From an uncultured Gammaproteobacteria bacterium (lineage in GTDB: Bacteria > Patescibacteriota > Patescibacteriia > Magasanikbacterales > GWA2-37-8): 64,000 nucleotides of DNA. The stretch is taken from positions 70,200-134,199 of the forward strand of contig CAZHYG010000001.1 in assembly GCA_964536615.1 (NCBI GenBank), read 5' to 3'. Positions 10,245 to 19,079 of the stretch are shown here, piece after piece (positions within the stretch are counted from its first letter, which is position 1; every line of letters starts with the position of its first letter). The notes below the pieces were generated by a model. That model was not told the DNA's origin. It saw only the letters and a list, made by a program, of their open reading frames with translations, and made no database searches. The position numbers and the translations under genes are program-made.

Positions 10245-11276
10245 ATGCAAAAACTTTTAATCGCCACCACTAACCAGGGAAAATACGCTGAAATAACAGC
10301 CGAACTTGCGGATCTTAATTTTTCTGCGGTAAGTTTGCGTGATTTAAAATTACACACCATAGAAGTTCCTGAACCACACGATACAACCTGGCAAAATGCA
10401 CTTGAAAAAGCGCGATTTTTCGGCAAAAAAACAGGTTTGCTGACTGTTGCCGAAGATACCGGATTATTTATAGACGCTTTAGCTGGCGCACCCGGCGTTA
10501 AAGCAAAGCGTTTTGCTCCAACTGCTGCTGCCAGAATAGAAAAAGTGCTAAAAAAACTTAAGCAGGTTCCGGAAAAGAAAAGAACAGCATATTTTGAAAC
10601 ATCTGGCTGTTTGTATAATCCTGAAACAGATACGTTCCACATTTTTATCGGTAAAACAGAAGGCTTAATTTCCTCAAAACTTTCAAAACCAATTGATGAG
10701 CACTTGGCTTTTAGCGCTATCTTTTATTACCCGCCGCTCCAAAAAACTTTTGTAGAAATGACTACCTTGGAAAAAAACATGATTAGCCATCGAGGCAAGA
10801 TGACACACCAGCTCAAATATTTTTTAATGAAACATTATCGCCCAGAGCAAATCATCTGCGCTGCTGGTATTATTGTAAAGAATAGAAAAATGCTCCTTAC
10901 CAAACGCCGTGATCTGCGCCCTGAATTTAACGGGAAATGGGAGTTTCCGGGCGGGGGAGTAGAGAACGGAGAAACATTTGATGAAACTACTATACGCGAA
11001 GTGAGAGAAGAAACAGGTTTTACAGTCACAAAATTAGAACAACTTCCGGATATTTTAACTACAACCATACATAGTAAAAAAGAAAATTATCAGGTACACC
11101 TGTTTATGTCAGTATGTAAAATAAAATCAGGAAAAATGCAATTTGCTGAAGCGGAAAGCTCGGATTATGGCTGGTTTACCTATAAACAGGCTCTAAAAAT
11201 GGACCTGCTTCCGTTGAACAAAAAAGTTATTCAAACAAAAAATAATAAGAAAATTATTCTAAAGTACATTGACTAA
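10245..11276 (+). CDS. Ham1/RdgB non-canonical purine NTP pyrophosphatase fused to a Nudix domain
   Basis: ATTNQGK, AEDTGL, ISHRGK, then Nudix box GGGVENGETFDETTIREVREETG. Confidence 0.88.
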   Translation: MQKLLIATTNQGKYAEITAELADLNFSAVSLRDLKLHTIEVPEPHDTTWQNALEKARFFGKKTGLLTVAEDTGLFIDALAGAPGVKAKRFAPTAAARIEKVLKKLKQVPEKKRTAYFETSGCLYNPETDTFHIFIGKTEGLISSKLSKPIDEHLAFSAIFYYPPLQKTFVEMTTLEKNMISHRGKMTHQLKYFLMKHYRPEQIICAAGIIVKNRKMLLTKRRDLRPEFNGKWEFPGGGVENGETFDETTIREVREETGFTVTKLEQLPDILTTTIHSKKENYQVHLFMSVCKIKSGKMQFAEAESSDYGWFTYKQALKMDLLPLNKKVIQTKNNKKIILKYID

Positions 11277-11286
11277 CAACACATAT

Positions 11287-12522
11287 ATGTTAGATATAAA
11301 ATTTATTCGCGAACATAAAGATTTGGTTGTAGAAAACTGCAAAAAGCGCAATACCGAATGTGATGTGGAGGGACTGTTAACAATAGACGAAGAACGCAGA
11401 GAGCTCCAAGGATCTATAGATAATTTGCGCGCCCAAAGAAAAAGCCAGTCAAAAGGAAAACCGAGCGAGGAAGACATTGCGCGATTGCGTAAAATGGGGG
11501 ATGAGATAGCTGTTTTAGAGGCAAAGGCAGCTGAAATTGAGCAAAAATATAAAGACGCTTTAATGCGCATTCCCAATCTCACTCACCCAAGCACACCTAT
11601 TGGGGGAGAGGAAGATTTTGTAACTGTGGCCACACATGGAAACCCGCCTCAGTTTTCTTTTTCTCCCAAAGATCACGAACAGATTCTTACTGAATTAAAC
11701 ATGGTTGATTTTGAACGAGGCGCTAAAGTTGCAACTTCTAAATTCTATTTTGCTAAAAATAATCTAGTACGCCTTAATTTAGCACTCTTAAACTATGGAA
11801 TTGATATCCTAAGCGCCCATGGATTTGAACTTGTAGAAACCCCTGATGTGGCAAAAAATGAAATTTTATCAGGCATTGGTTTTAACCCACGAGGCACAGA
11901 AACCCAAGTCTATTCTATTGAAAACACAGATCTTAGCCTTATCGGCACAGCTGAAATTACTATGGGTGGTTATCATGCCAACGAAATACTGGATCTGCAA
12001 TCCGGGCCTAAAAAATACGCAGCCATCTCACATTGTTTCCGCACTGAAGCAGGGGCATATGGTAAAACCAGCAAAGGCATGTACCGAGTACATCAATTTA
12101 CCAAACTAGAAATGTTTATATTCTGTAAACCAGAAGATAGCGAAGCTATGCATCAAGAATTGCTTGCTATGGAACGAGAGATTGTTGACGGACTAGAAAT
12201 ACCATACCGTGTAATCGATGTTGCCAGCGGAGATCTGGGAGGTCCGGCATATCGAAAATTTGATATCGAAGCTTGGATGACAATGAAAAACGATTACGGA
12301 GAAATTACCAGCACCAGCAACTGCACCGACTATCAATCTCGCAGATTAAATATCAAATACAAAAAAGAAGATGGTGCTAATGAATTTGTGCATACTTTAA
12401 ACGGTACGGCCGTGGTTTTGAGCCGTTTTCCAATTGCATTGATTGAAAACATGCAGCAAGAAGATGGAAGTGTGCGCATTCCAAAAGCGTTGCAAAAATA
12501 CTTAAATATTTCTCATCTATAG
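11287..12522 (+). CDS. serS: seryl-tRNA synthetase
   Basis: MLDIKFIRE start, LIGTAE, FRTEAG, YRVHQF, HTLNGT motifs. Confidence 0.98.
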   Translation: MLDIKFIREHKDLVVENCKKRNTECDVEGLLTIDEERRELQGSIDNLRAQRKSQSKGKPSEEDIARLRKMGDEIAVLEAKAAEIEQKYKDALMRIPNLTHPSTPIGGEEDFVTVATHGNPPQFSFSPKDHEQILTELNMVDFERGAKVATSKFYFAKNNLVRLNLALLNYGIDILSAHGFELVETPDVAKNEILSGIGFNPRGTETQVYSIENTDLSLIGTAEITMGGYHANEILDLQSGPKKYAAISHCFRTEAGAYGKTSKGMYRVHQFTKLEMFIFCKPEDSEAMHQELLAMEREIVDGLEIPYRVIDVASGDLGGPAYRKFDIEAWMTMKNDYGEITSTSNCTDYQSRRLNIKYKKEDGANEFVHTLNGTAVVLSRFPIALIENMQQEDGSVRIPKALQKYLNISHL

Positions 12523-12559
12523 CCATGCGCCAATAGCATGCCGATACATGGGCTTTTTT
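12521..12559 (+). terminator. probable intrinsic terminator after serS
   Basis: GCCATG...CATGGGC stem followed by TTTTTT. Confidence 0.5.
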
Positions 12560-12588
12560 AATCCGCATAACAAATTTCCATCGCGGCT

Positions 12589-13608
12589 ATGAAACACATG
12601 CATTCGGAAAGAGCATTTGAAAAATATAAACCTCATGTAAGCTGGAGAAAAAAACTCTCGTTGTTTTTTGCTAAAAAAAAGCAAAAAAATGTAACGCCCA
12701 TTGAAACAGGACCGCATTATAAAGTTAACCCATTTAAACAGAGACATGATGAAAAAAAGAGAACAGGGCCTAATATAAAAGTACTGTCTTTTTTTATCGT
12801 AACCAGTTTCTGGTTAGCATGCTTGCTCTATATACCATATTTCCATATCCAGAAAATAGAATACAGTGGTCTAAAAAACAATACCAAACAAGAACTAGAC
12901 TCCTTTATATATACCAACTATATAAACAAAAAAGGGATTTTACCATGGGGAAATTATTTCTTTATAACTGAATCAAAACTCACAAAAGATCTTTTGAAGA
13001 CTTTTTCTTTTGAGACTGTTGTGGTCAAAAAAACTTTTCCGCATAAAATATCAGTGGATGTAGTAGAAAAGATTTCTTCAGTTGTCTATGATAATGGAAA
13101 AAAATATTTTTTACTTGACCAGCAGGGGACAGTTATAAAATTTCTCACCGATGTTGAGCCTTCTGAAATAGTCAAAAAGCAAAATGTTATTCTTAACACC
13201 TCTACACCAGACTCTGCTTCAAGTACGTTTTTTTCAACTACCAGCATTACGCACATGCCTAACATCGGAAAAATAACCAAACAATTTGGAGATTATCCTA
13301 TTATATATGACAGCCGTAATATTGAAGTTGAAAAAAATTCTACCAATTTACTTCCTTCTCAATATATAGCCGCCACAATTGATTGGTATAACGAATTAAG
13401 CCAGCGGGGGAGTATTACCCCAGAATTTTTTGTTATAGACAATCTTAATGCCGGAGTAACCATTAACACAGACCAAAATTGGGATATATTTATACAGCCG
13501 CGCAACAACACAGCCAATCAAATAGATGCCTTTAAAAAAATATTGCCATCCATTAAACCAACTAGTTATATAGATTTACGTTTTGGTGAAAAAGTATATT
13601 GGAAATAG
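12589..13608 (+). CDS. FtsQ/DivIB-like cell division protein
   Basis: Single TM, POTRA-like region (KKTFPHKISVDVVE) and C-terminal YIDLRFGEKVYWK. Confidence 0.75.
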   Translation: MKHMHSERAFEKYKPHVSWRKKLSLFFAKKKQKNVTPIETGPHYKVNPFKQRHDEKKRTGPNIKVLSFFIVTSFWLACLLYIPYFHIQKIEYSGLKNNTKQELDSFIYTNYINKKGILPWGNYFFITESKLTKDLLKTFSFETVVVKKTFPHKISVDVVEKISSVVYDNGKKYFLLDQQGTVIKFLTDVEPSEIVKKQNVILNTSTPDSASSTFFSTTSITHMPNIGKITKQFGDYPIIYDSRNIEVEKNSTNLLPSQYIAATIDWYNELSQRGSITPEFFVIDNLNAGVTINTDQNWDIFIQPRNNTANQIDAFKKILPSIKPTSYIDLRFGEKVYWK

Positions 13609-13673
13609 AGAATTGAAACAACATCTTAAGCATTCTTATCAGGCGCACCCTCTCTCGGGGATAGTATTATATA

Positions 13674-13701
13674 ACGTCGTATAACATAGATTAAGCGACG
13701 T
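13674..13701. other. dif-like Xer recombination site (11-6-11)
   Basis: ACGTCGTATAA-CATAGA-TTAAGCGACGT: inverted arms match at 9/11 with inner TAA/TTA as in known dif sites; intergenic, 1.4 kb from a xer gene, near the gene-orientation switch. Confidence 0.75.
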
Positions 13702-13743
13702 ACTATAGTAGTGTGGCGCTAACAAATCGGACTCCTAGCAAAC

Positions 13744-13819
13744 AAAAAACCGCTCGCAAATTTATCCTCCTACCTCAAATCCCTTTTAAGGAGTTAAGGC
13801 AGGGGTGCGAACGGCTTTT
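13744..13819 (-). terminator. long interrupted hairpin with U-tract downstream of the GC-rich ORFan
   Basis: Minus-strand stems AAAAGCCGUUCGCA/UGCGAGCGGUUUUU and CCUGCCUUAA/UUGAGGUAGG with G-U pairs. Confidence 0.6.
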
Positions 13820-13908
13820 GTCGTGCCCATGCCATTTAATTGGCGGCCCACGAACAAATTTCATGCGGATTCTTCCTTGATGAATTTTTTGGCCTTGCCA
13901 AGGACGAA

Positions 13909-14223
13909 CTAGACGGACGACACCTCCTTGGCGCAGGCGCAAGCAGAGTCCACCCACACGACCTCCAGCGTCTCGCCACCGACGAGCGGCGGGACGAAGA
14001 GGATAAGCGACGACGCGGGCTTCTCACCCTCAGCAGGCTTCTTCTGGAAGCCATAGAAAGGGCCATCAGCTCCATCCTCGACGAAGACGAGTCGGGCGAT
14101 CATGGGCTGATCACCCTTTCGCCTCGGGTCGAAGTTCTTGGCCCGATGGTAGTTGCACCGCTTGGTGAAGCCACTAGGTACCTGGATCCGAGCACCGACG
14201 ATGAGTGCAAAAGTTTTCTTCAA
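13909..14223 (-). CDS. hypothetical protein, GC-rich and SD-led (foreign-looking)
   Basis: AGGAGG (14231-14236) 7 nt before TTG (alternative GTG at 14226); strong G/C bias at third codon positions in this frame; about 60% GC by manual count over 13921-14220. Confidence 0.65.
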   Translation of the reverse strand: MKKTFALIVGARIQVPSGFTKRCNYHRAKNFDPRRKGDQPMIARLVFVEDGADGPFYGFQKKPAEGEKPASSLILFVPPLVGGETLEVVWVDSACACAKEVSSV

Positions 14224-14281
14224 CACGAAACCTCCTGAACCGTTATAGCTTTTCCGTAATGGTTTAGCCAACGGTGCAAAA

Positions 14282-14310
14282 ATTTTATAGAATAATTACT
14301 CTGTTGTCAA
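14282..14310 (-). promoter_or_regulatory. sigma70-type promoter of the GC-rich ORFan
   Basis: TTGACA-17 nt-TAAAAT on the minus strand. Confidence 0.65.
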
Positions 14311-14323
14311 TGTCAATATAAAT

Positions 14324-14358
14324 AAAAAACCATTGAAGTTTTGTTTTCAATGTTTTTT
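14324..14358. terminator. bidirectional terminator-like hairpin
   Basis: AAAAAACCATTGAA...TTCAATGTTTTTT. Confidence 0.5.
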
Positions 14359-14425
14359 AACATTAGATACTTATCCTTTTATATATAGATAAAAAATTCA
14401 ACGCCACTTCCCCACCCTCATAAAA

Positions 14426-14476
14426 TGGCTAATCTTAGCCAAATCTATATATTTTGGCTTAAATTAGCCAAAATAT
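14426..14476. repeat. two tandem palindromes TGGCT-N6-AGCCA
   Basis: TGGCTAATCTTAGCCA (14426-14441) and TGGCTTAAATTAGCCA (14455-14470); the second extends to ATATTTTGGCT-N6-AGCCAAAATAT (14449-14476). Confidence 0.8.
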
Positions 14477-14503
14477 TACTATCTGCTTTTAATGCTTTAA
14501 TAT

Positions 14504-14536
14504 AAAAAACACCATCTTCATAATGGTATTTTTTTT
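14504..14536 (-). terminator. intrinsic terminator for the 14597-14995 gene
   Basis: Minus strand AAAAAAUACCAU-loop-AUGGUGUUUUUU. Confidence 0.55.
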
Positions 14537-14596
14537 ATACTAAGCATCTATAGTTAACACTGCTTTACAAAATCAATCATCTATTTTAATGCTTCT

Positions 14597-14995
14597 TTAT
14601 ATTTTCCCGATTTTTCTAATTTGATATTGATTTTCCGAAACACCTTTTAGAGAGAGATGCCAAAAACGAGTTATGCCTCCCCTAGGATTCACCCCTTCTA
14701 TTATAGTCATAAAATACTCTGTTTCTTTATTTGGACTTTTAGGCAAAGACGTATATATATCTGTAACTGTTCCGGTTATTTCTTCTTCACCGTACTTAAA
14801 AAGTACGATATCTTTTTTTTCAAATCCATATTTTTTAAATAATATTTCGGCACCCTTACCTAAAGCTTTTTGTAAATCTTCAGATACTGCATTAATAACT
14901 TCTCCAGAAAAATTATCCTCCTCATCAGGCCTAACTTCTTGCGGCACAGCTGGTTTGGCAATTTCTCCTCTTATTCCAAATAATTTTCTAAGCAT
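14597..14995 (-). CDS. hypothetical protein
   Basis: 132 aa ORF with ATG start, protein-like composition and a downstream terminator; no motif recognised. Confidence 0.65.
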   Translation of the reverse strand: MLRKLFGIRGEIAKPAVPQEVRPDEEDNFSGEVINAVSEDLQKALGKGAEILFKKYGFEKKDIVLFKYGEEEITGTVTDIYTSLPKSPNKETEYFMTIIEGVNPRGGITRFWHLSLKGVSENQYQIRKIGKI

Positions 14996-15017
14996 AATAA
15001 ACTATATTTTATATTCT

Positions 15018-15046
15018 TAACGTCGCATAATATTATATGGTATAAT
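15018..15046 (+). promoter_or_regulatory. xer promoter (extended -10) overlapped by a dif half-site
   Basis: TGG-TATAAT at 15038-15046; ACGTCGCATAA at 15020-15030 differs by one base from each dif arm. Confidence 0.65.
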
Positions 15047-15075
15047 GGCTATGCTCAGGTAAATTATACCAATAT

Positions 15076-16038
15076 ATGCATAAATCTGACAACCCTATTA
15101 CATTTCATATCCCTCATTTTTTGGAATACTGTGAAATTGAAAAAGGTCTTTCCCCTACCACTACTCGCAACTACGATAACTTTTTAAAGATGTTTAAGCG
15201 TTGGTTGGAAGAAAAAAATATCGCCGGCCTTAAGCCGCACGAGCTTACCCCCGAACATATTTGGGATTATCGAGTGCACTTATCGCGCAAACAAGACACA
15301 AAAGGCCGCTATACCAAAAAAACCACTCAGAACTACTACCTAATTGCCTTACGCAACCTGCTCACCTATTTTGCCGAAAAAGATATTGTCTCGCTACCGG
15401 CAGATAAAATTAAGCTGCCAAAACTTACCGATAAAGACAAGGCTATTAAGTTTTTAAACTTTGATCAGGTGGAGAAACTAATGAAAATGCCGGACTTATC
15501 CAAACCCGAAGGCTTGCGGGACAGAGCTATTTTGGAAACATTATTTTCTACCGGTATGCGCGTTTCCGAACTCACAGCTCTTAACCTGCGCAGTTTTGAT
15601 GTACAAAATATTATTAAAGGAAAAATCACTGAACAAGAGCTGACCATTTCCGGTAAAGGCGGTTCCACTCGCACTATATATTTTTCCAGCCGATCGCTTG
15701 AATGGCTGGCACAGTATTTAAAAACCAGAAAAGATATGATGCTGCCTTTGTTTATCAATTACAAAAAGGACGATGATGACAACGATCATCGCCTTACTCC
15801 GCGTTCAGTAGAGCGGCTCATGCGCAAATATGCAACCATGGCCGGCTTACCGGTTGAAGCAACACCGCACACATTACGCCACAGTTTTGCCACAGATCTT
15901 CTTAAACAGGGCGCCGATATGCGCTCAGTACAAGAATTGCTTGGACATAAAAATATCGTTACCACGCAAATTTATACGCACGTAACCAACCCGCACCTGC
16001 GAGATATCCATAAAAAATTCCACAGCGGAAAAAAATAA
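15076..16038 (+). CDS. XerC/XerD/XerA-family tyrosine recombinase
   Basis: RDRAILETLFSTGMRVSEL, GKG, TPHTLRHSFAT, VQELLGH, TTQIYTHV: all catalytic residues present. Confidence 0.95.
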   Translation: MHKSDNPITFHIPHFLEYCEIEKGLSPTTTRNYDNFLKMFKRWLEEKNIAGLKPHELTPEHIWDYRVHLSRKQDTKGRYTKKTTQNYYLIALRNLLTYFAEKDIVSLPADKIKLPKLTDKDKAIKFLNFDQVEKLMKMPDLSKPEGLRDRAILETLFSTGMRVSELTALNLRSFDVQNIIKGKITEQELTISGKGGSTRTIYFSSRSLEWLAQYLKTRKDMMLPLFINYKKDDDDNDHRLTPRSVERLMRKYATMAGLPVEATPHTLRHSFATDLLKQGADMRSVQELLGHKNIVTTQIYTHVTNPHLRDIHKKFHSGKK

Positions 16039-16041
16039 ATA

Positions 16042-16503
16042 TTATTTTTTCAGAACTTCCAGAAGTTTTTGCGCCCATTTTTTTGTTTGCGCTACAGCAT
16101 TATCAAGCTCAAACCAAAAACTGTTAACACGCAACGAATCTGTAATAGTTTTTGCGCCTGCCTCATGAATAAAATTTTCTAAATAGTCTACCGCTCCGCA
16201 AAAATGCGCAAACTCCGCATCACCACAGCCATATATGGCAAACGGCACCTTAGAAATATTTTTAGTCTTCCAAATATCCAAAAAATTAAGCATGGCATCA
16301 GTTGGCATGCCTTCTTCTCCCCTACTCTTCCAGCTTGGCGAGCCAAGAATTACCAAATCATAACCAATATAGTCATCTGGCTTTGATTCATTTACATTTT
16401 GAAACGTAACCGAATGTTGTTTTGACAGCACATCAGTAATAATTTCACCTGCCGCAAATGTACTGCCGGAATTGGTTGTGTATATAATAAGAATTTTTTT
16501 CAT
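16042..16503 (-). CDS. flavodoxin
   Basis: IYTTNSGST FMN loop, LGSPSW, YGCGD...FCGAVD. Confidence 0.9.
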   Translation of the reverse strand: MKKILIIYTTNSGSTFAAGEIITDVLSKQHSVTFQNVNESKPDDYIGYDLVILGSPSWKSRGEEGMPTDAMLNFLDIWKTKNISKVPFAIYGCGDAEFAHFCGAVDYLENFIHEAGAKTITDSLRVNSFWFELDNAVAQTKKWAQKLLEVLKK

Positions 16504-16506
16504 ATA

Positions 16507-17367
16507 TTATTGGTACTTTGCTAACAGGTCTGTAATACTTCTTTTTTTAAGTGGAGCTTGCACCAAAGCTTCTTTTTTAATTTGAGGAACCTGATCTTCG
16601 TACGAAGGACGCCCCTCTACATAAAGCACTCCTAAAGGAATATGTTTTTCGCCCCATTCATTGATTTTTGCAAAAGCAGCTTGCTTGTTGGTTGGATCGT
16701 ACGCTGAATCAACTTGATATGTATTTTCTTGAAAGAATGCATGGGTGTACACACGGTTAAAAGTAGCGCATGGCTGCAATACCTGCAAAACAGAAAAACC
16801 CGTATGCGCAGCTGCTTTTCTCATAAGCGCCGTCAGACGAGGGATATCACCGGAATATCCGCGCGCAATAAATGTAGCTCCTGCCGATAAAGCGACACTA
16901 AGCGGATTAACAGGTTCATCCAAATTTCCGGCTGGGGTGGATTTAGATTTATATCCATGCGGAGAGCGTGGTGAAGTTTGCCCGGTAGTCAAACCATAAA
17001 TGGCATTATCATGGAGAATAACTGTAAGATCATGATTACGGCGAGCAGCGTGCATGAAATGATTACCGCCTTCCGCCATACAGTCACCATCTCCGGTAAA
17101 CACAATCACATTAAGCTTATGATTAACAAGCTTAATGCCTGTAGCCACAGGAATTGCTCGCCCATGCAACCCTTCAAAACTGCTTATTTCCACAAAATTA
17201 TTGATATGTCCATGACATCCAATACCTGCCACAATGGCGGTGTTGGCGTTACTCCATTTTTCTCGCGCGGCTGCTTCTTTAAAAGCTGTCCAAATACCAA
17301 AATTCCCGCACCCTGGACACCAATTGCACATGTTAGGAGTTTTAAGGTTTTGTATACTGGTAGTCAT
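16507..17367 (-). CDS. 2-oxoacid:ferredoxin oxidoreductase beta subunit
   Basis: WCPGCG, GIGC, GDGD...HDN TPP motif, YGLTTGQTSP. Confidence 0.95.
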   Translation of the reverse strand: MTTSIQNLKTPNMCNWCPGCGNFGIWTAFKEAAAREKWSNANTAIVAGIGCHGHINNFVEISSFEGLHGRAIPVATGIKLVNHKLNVIVFTGDGDCMAEGGNHFMHAARRNHDLTVILHDNAIYGLTTGQTSPRSPHGYKSKSTPAGNLDEPVNPLSVALSAGATFIARGYSGDIPRLTALMRKAAAHTGFSVLQVLQPCATFNRVYTHAFFQENTYQVDSAYDPTNKQAAFAKINEWGEKHIPLGVLYVEGRPSYEDQVPQIKKEALVQAPLKKRSITDLLAKYQ

Positions 17368-17374
17368 AATAGCA

Positions 17375-19078
17375 CTATATCATTTTTTTAATTTTTGCAA
17401 TTATTTCTTCCGGGAAAAATGGACGACCGTCATATTTAAGCAAATTATGCTTGATACCAATGCCGGTTTGTTCTTTTATAAGCCCGGCCATTTGACCGTT
17501 CGCGTTACACTCAACATTCAAAATCTGGCGTGCGTTTTCCAACACATTTTTTACGGCACGCGCCGGAAACGGGCTAACCCAAGTCAGATGTAAGAAATTT
17601 ACCCGGTCAAAATATTTCATCGCTTCTAGAATTACGCCTTTATTGCTGCCCCACGAAACAATCGTTAAATCAGCATTGCGAGGACCGTATAAAACTGGTT
17701 GCGGCATATCTGTTTGAGCGCACATTTCAAGTTTTTTCATACGTTTGTCCATTTGCGCAATTCTGTTTTCCGCAGATTCATTTGAATAACCATGTTCATT
17801 GTGCTCATCCGAATTTGCTACCACATGATTTCCTACTCCAGGCACCGAACGCACAGAAATTCCGTCTTTTACAAGCGCGTAGCGTTTATATCCGGCCTGT
17901 TTTTTTAATAATAATTTACCGCGCTTAATTTGATATTTACGAATATCAAATTCAGGAGTTGTAAAACCGCTTTCACAAACTTGCTTGTCTACCATAACAA
18001 CCACTGGAGTCTGGTATGCATCTGCCAAATTGAATGCCTGCATGGTAAGGTGAAACGCTTCTTCCGCATCTCCGGCAGCCAAAACTATGCGAGGAAACTC
18101 ACCCTGGTGCGCATGAAGCACAAATCGCAAGTCACCCTGCTCTGTCCAAGTAGGCAAACCAGTAGCAGGGCCGCCGCGCATACCTTCTATAATAACCAAC
18201 GGAGTTTCAGTCATAGCTGCCAAACCATACCCCTCACTCATTAAACAAAAACCGCCCCCGGCTGTAGCTGTCATGGCTCGTGCCCCCGCAAACGAAGCCC
18301 CAATCGCCATATTTACAGCTGCAATTTCATCTTCTGGTTGCTTATAAATAAAATTATATTTTTCTTGTAAAGGCGCTAGCACGTGTAAAATATTACTAAT
18401 AGGGGTCATGGGATAAATTGAAGCAAACTGCACCCCCGCAGCAACCGCTCCCAAAGCAATTGCTTCGTTACCGTTTATAACTGTGCGCGCGCTGCGAATG
18501 CGCAAAGGACGCAACGTATCTTTGATATATTCCGCATAATGCTCTTTTACAAATTTATATCCTGCACGCGCTACAGCCTGATTGCTTTTTGCAACTTCTG
18601 GCGGCTTAGCAGCAAATTCTTCACCGATCAATTTTTCTAACATTTTAATATCTATACCCCAAAAAGCTGCCATCGCTCCAAGTGCTGCCGTGTTGCGTAA
18701 AAAAAATGAATTAGCAACTTCTTTGCTGATTTTTTTAAATGGAACTTGCAACAAACGCACACCTTTGGCCATAACCGGTAACTTGGGATGCTCTTCATCA
18801 TAAATTACCAAAGAACCTGAGACTAATTCGTGCGCATGCAAATCAATTGTCTCTTTATTAAACGCCACTAAAAAATCGGTATGAGTATAAGAAGCGTCCA
18901 CAGGCTGGTCTGAAATAGTCAGCTGCACCATGTTGTGTCCGCCGCGAATAATGGATGGATATTCCGCATAATTAAAAATATAGTATCCGGATCGTACCAC
19001 CAATTTGGAAAAAGTTAGGCCAGAAAGCATAATACCAAAACCTGCTTCACCCCCTATTTTAAATGTCAACGGCTTCAT
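17375..19078 (-). CDS. 2-oxoacid:ferredoxin oxidoreductase alpha (gamma-alpha fusion) subunit
   Basis: IGGEAGFG, IRGGH, YPMTP, EDEIAA, RGGPATGLPT; start moved to ATG 19078. Confidence 0.95.
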   Translation of the reverse strand: MKPLTFKIGGEAGFGIMLSGLTFSKLVVRSGYYIFNYAEYPSIIRGGHNMVQLTISDQPVDASYTHTDFLVAFNKETIDLHAHELVSGSLVIYDEEHPKLPVMAKGVRLLQVPFKKISKEVANSFFLRNTAALGAMAAFWGIDIKMLEKLIGEEFAAKPPEVAKSNQAVARAGYKFVKEHYAEYIKDTLRPLRIRSARTVINGNEAIALGAVAAGVQFASIYPMTPISNILHVLAPLQEKYNFIYKQPEDEIAAVNMAIGASFAGARAMTATAGGGFCLMSEGYGLAAMTETPLVIIEGMRGGPATGLPTWTEQGDLRFVLHAHQGEFPRIVLAAGDAEEAFHLTMQAFNLADAYQTPVVVMVDKQVCESGFTTPEFDIRKYQIKRGKLLLKKQAGYKRYALVKDGISVRSVPGVGNHVVANSDEHNEHGYSNESAENRIAQMDKRMKKLEMCAQTDMPQPVLYGPRNADLTIVSWGSNKGVILEAMKYFDRVNFLHLTWVSPFPARAVKNVLENARQILNVECNANGQMAGLIKEQTGIGIKHNLLKYDGRPFFPEEIIAKIKKMI

Positions 19079-19079
19079 A

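Noticed and set aside
13840-14238. 132-aa plus-strand ORF, and overlapping minus ORFs 13775-13957 and 13836-14075
   Set aside because: Shadows of the GC-rich minus-strand gene, which has the SD, promoter and third-position GC bias
13744-16038. Integron interpretation (integrase plus attC-like hairpin)
   Set aside because: The recombinase lacks the IntI-specific insertion and looks like Xer; there is only one long hairpin and no clear RYYYAAC/GTTRRRY ends
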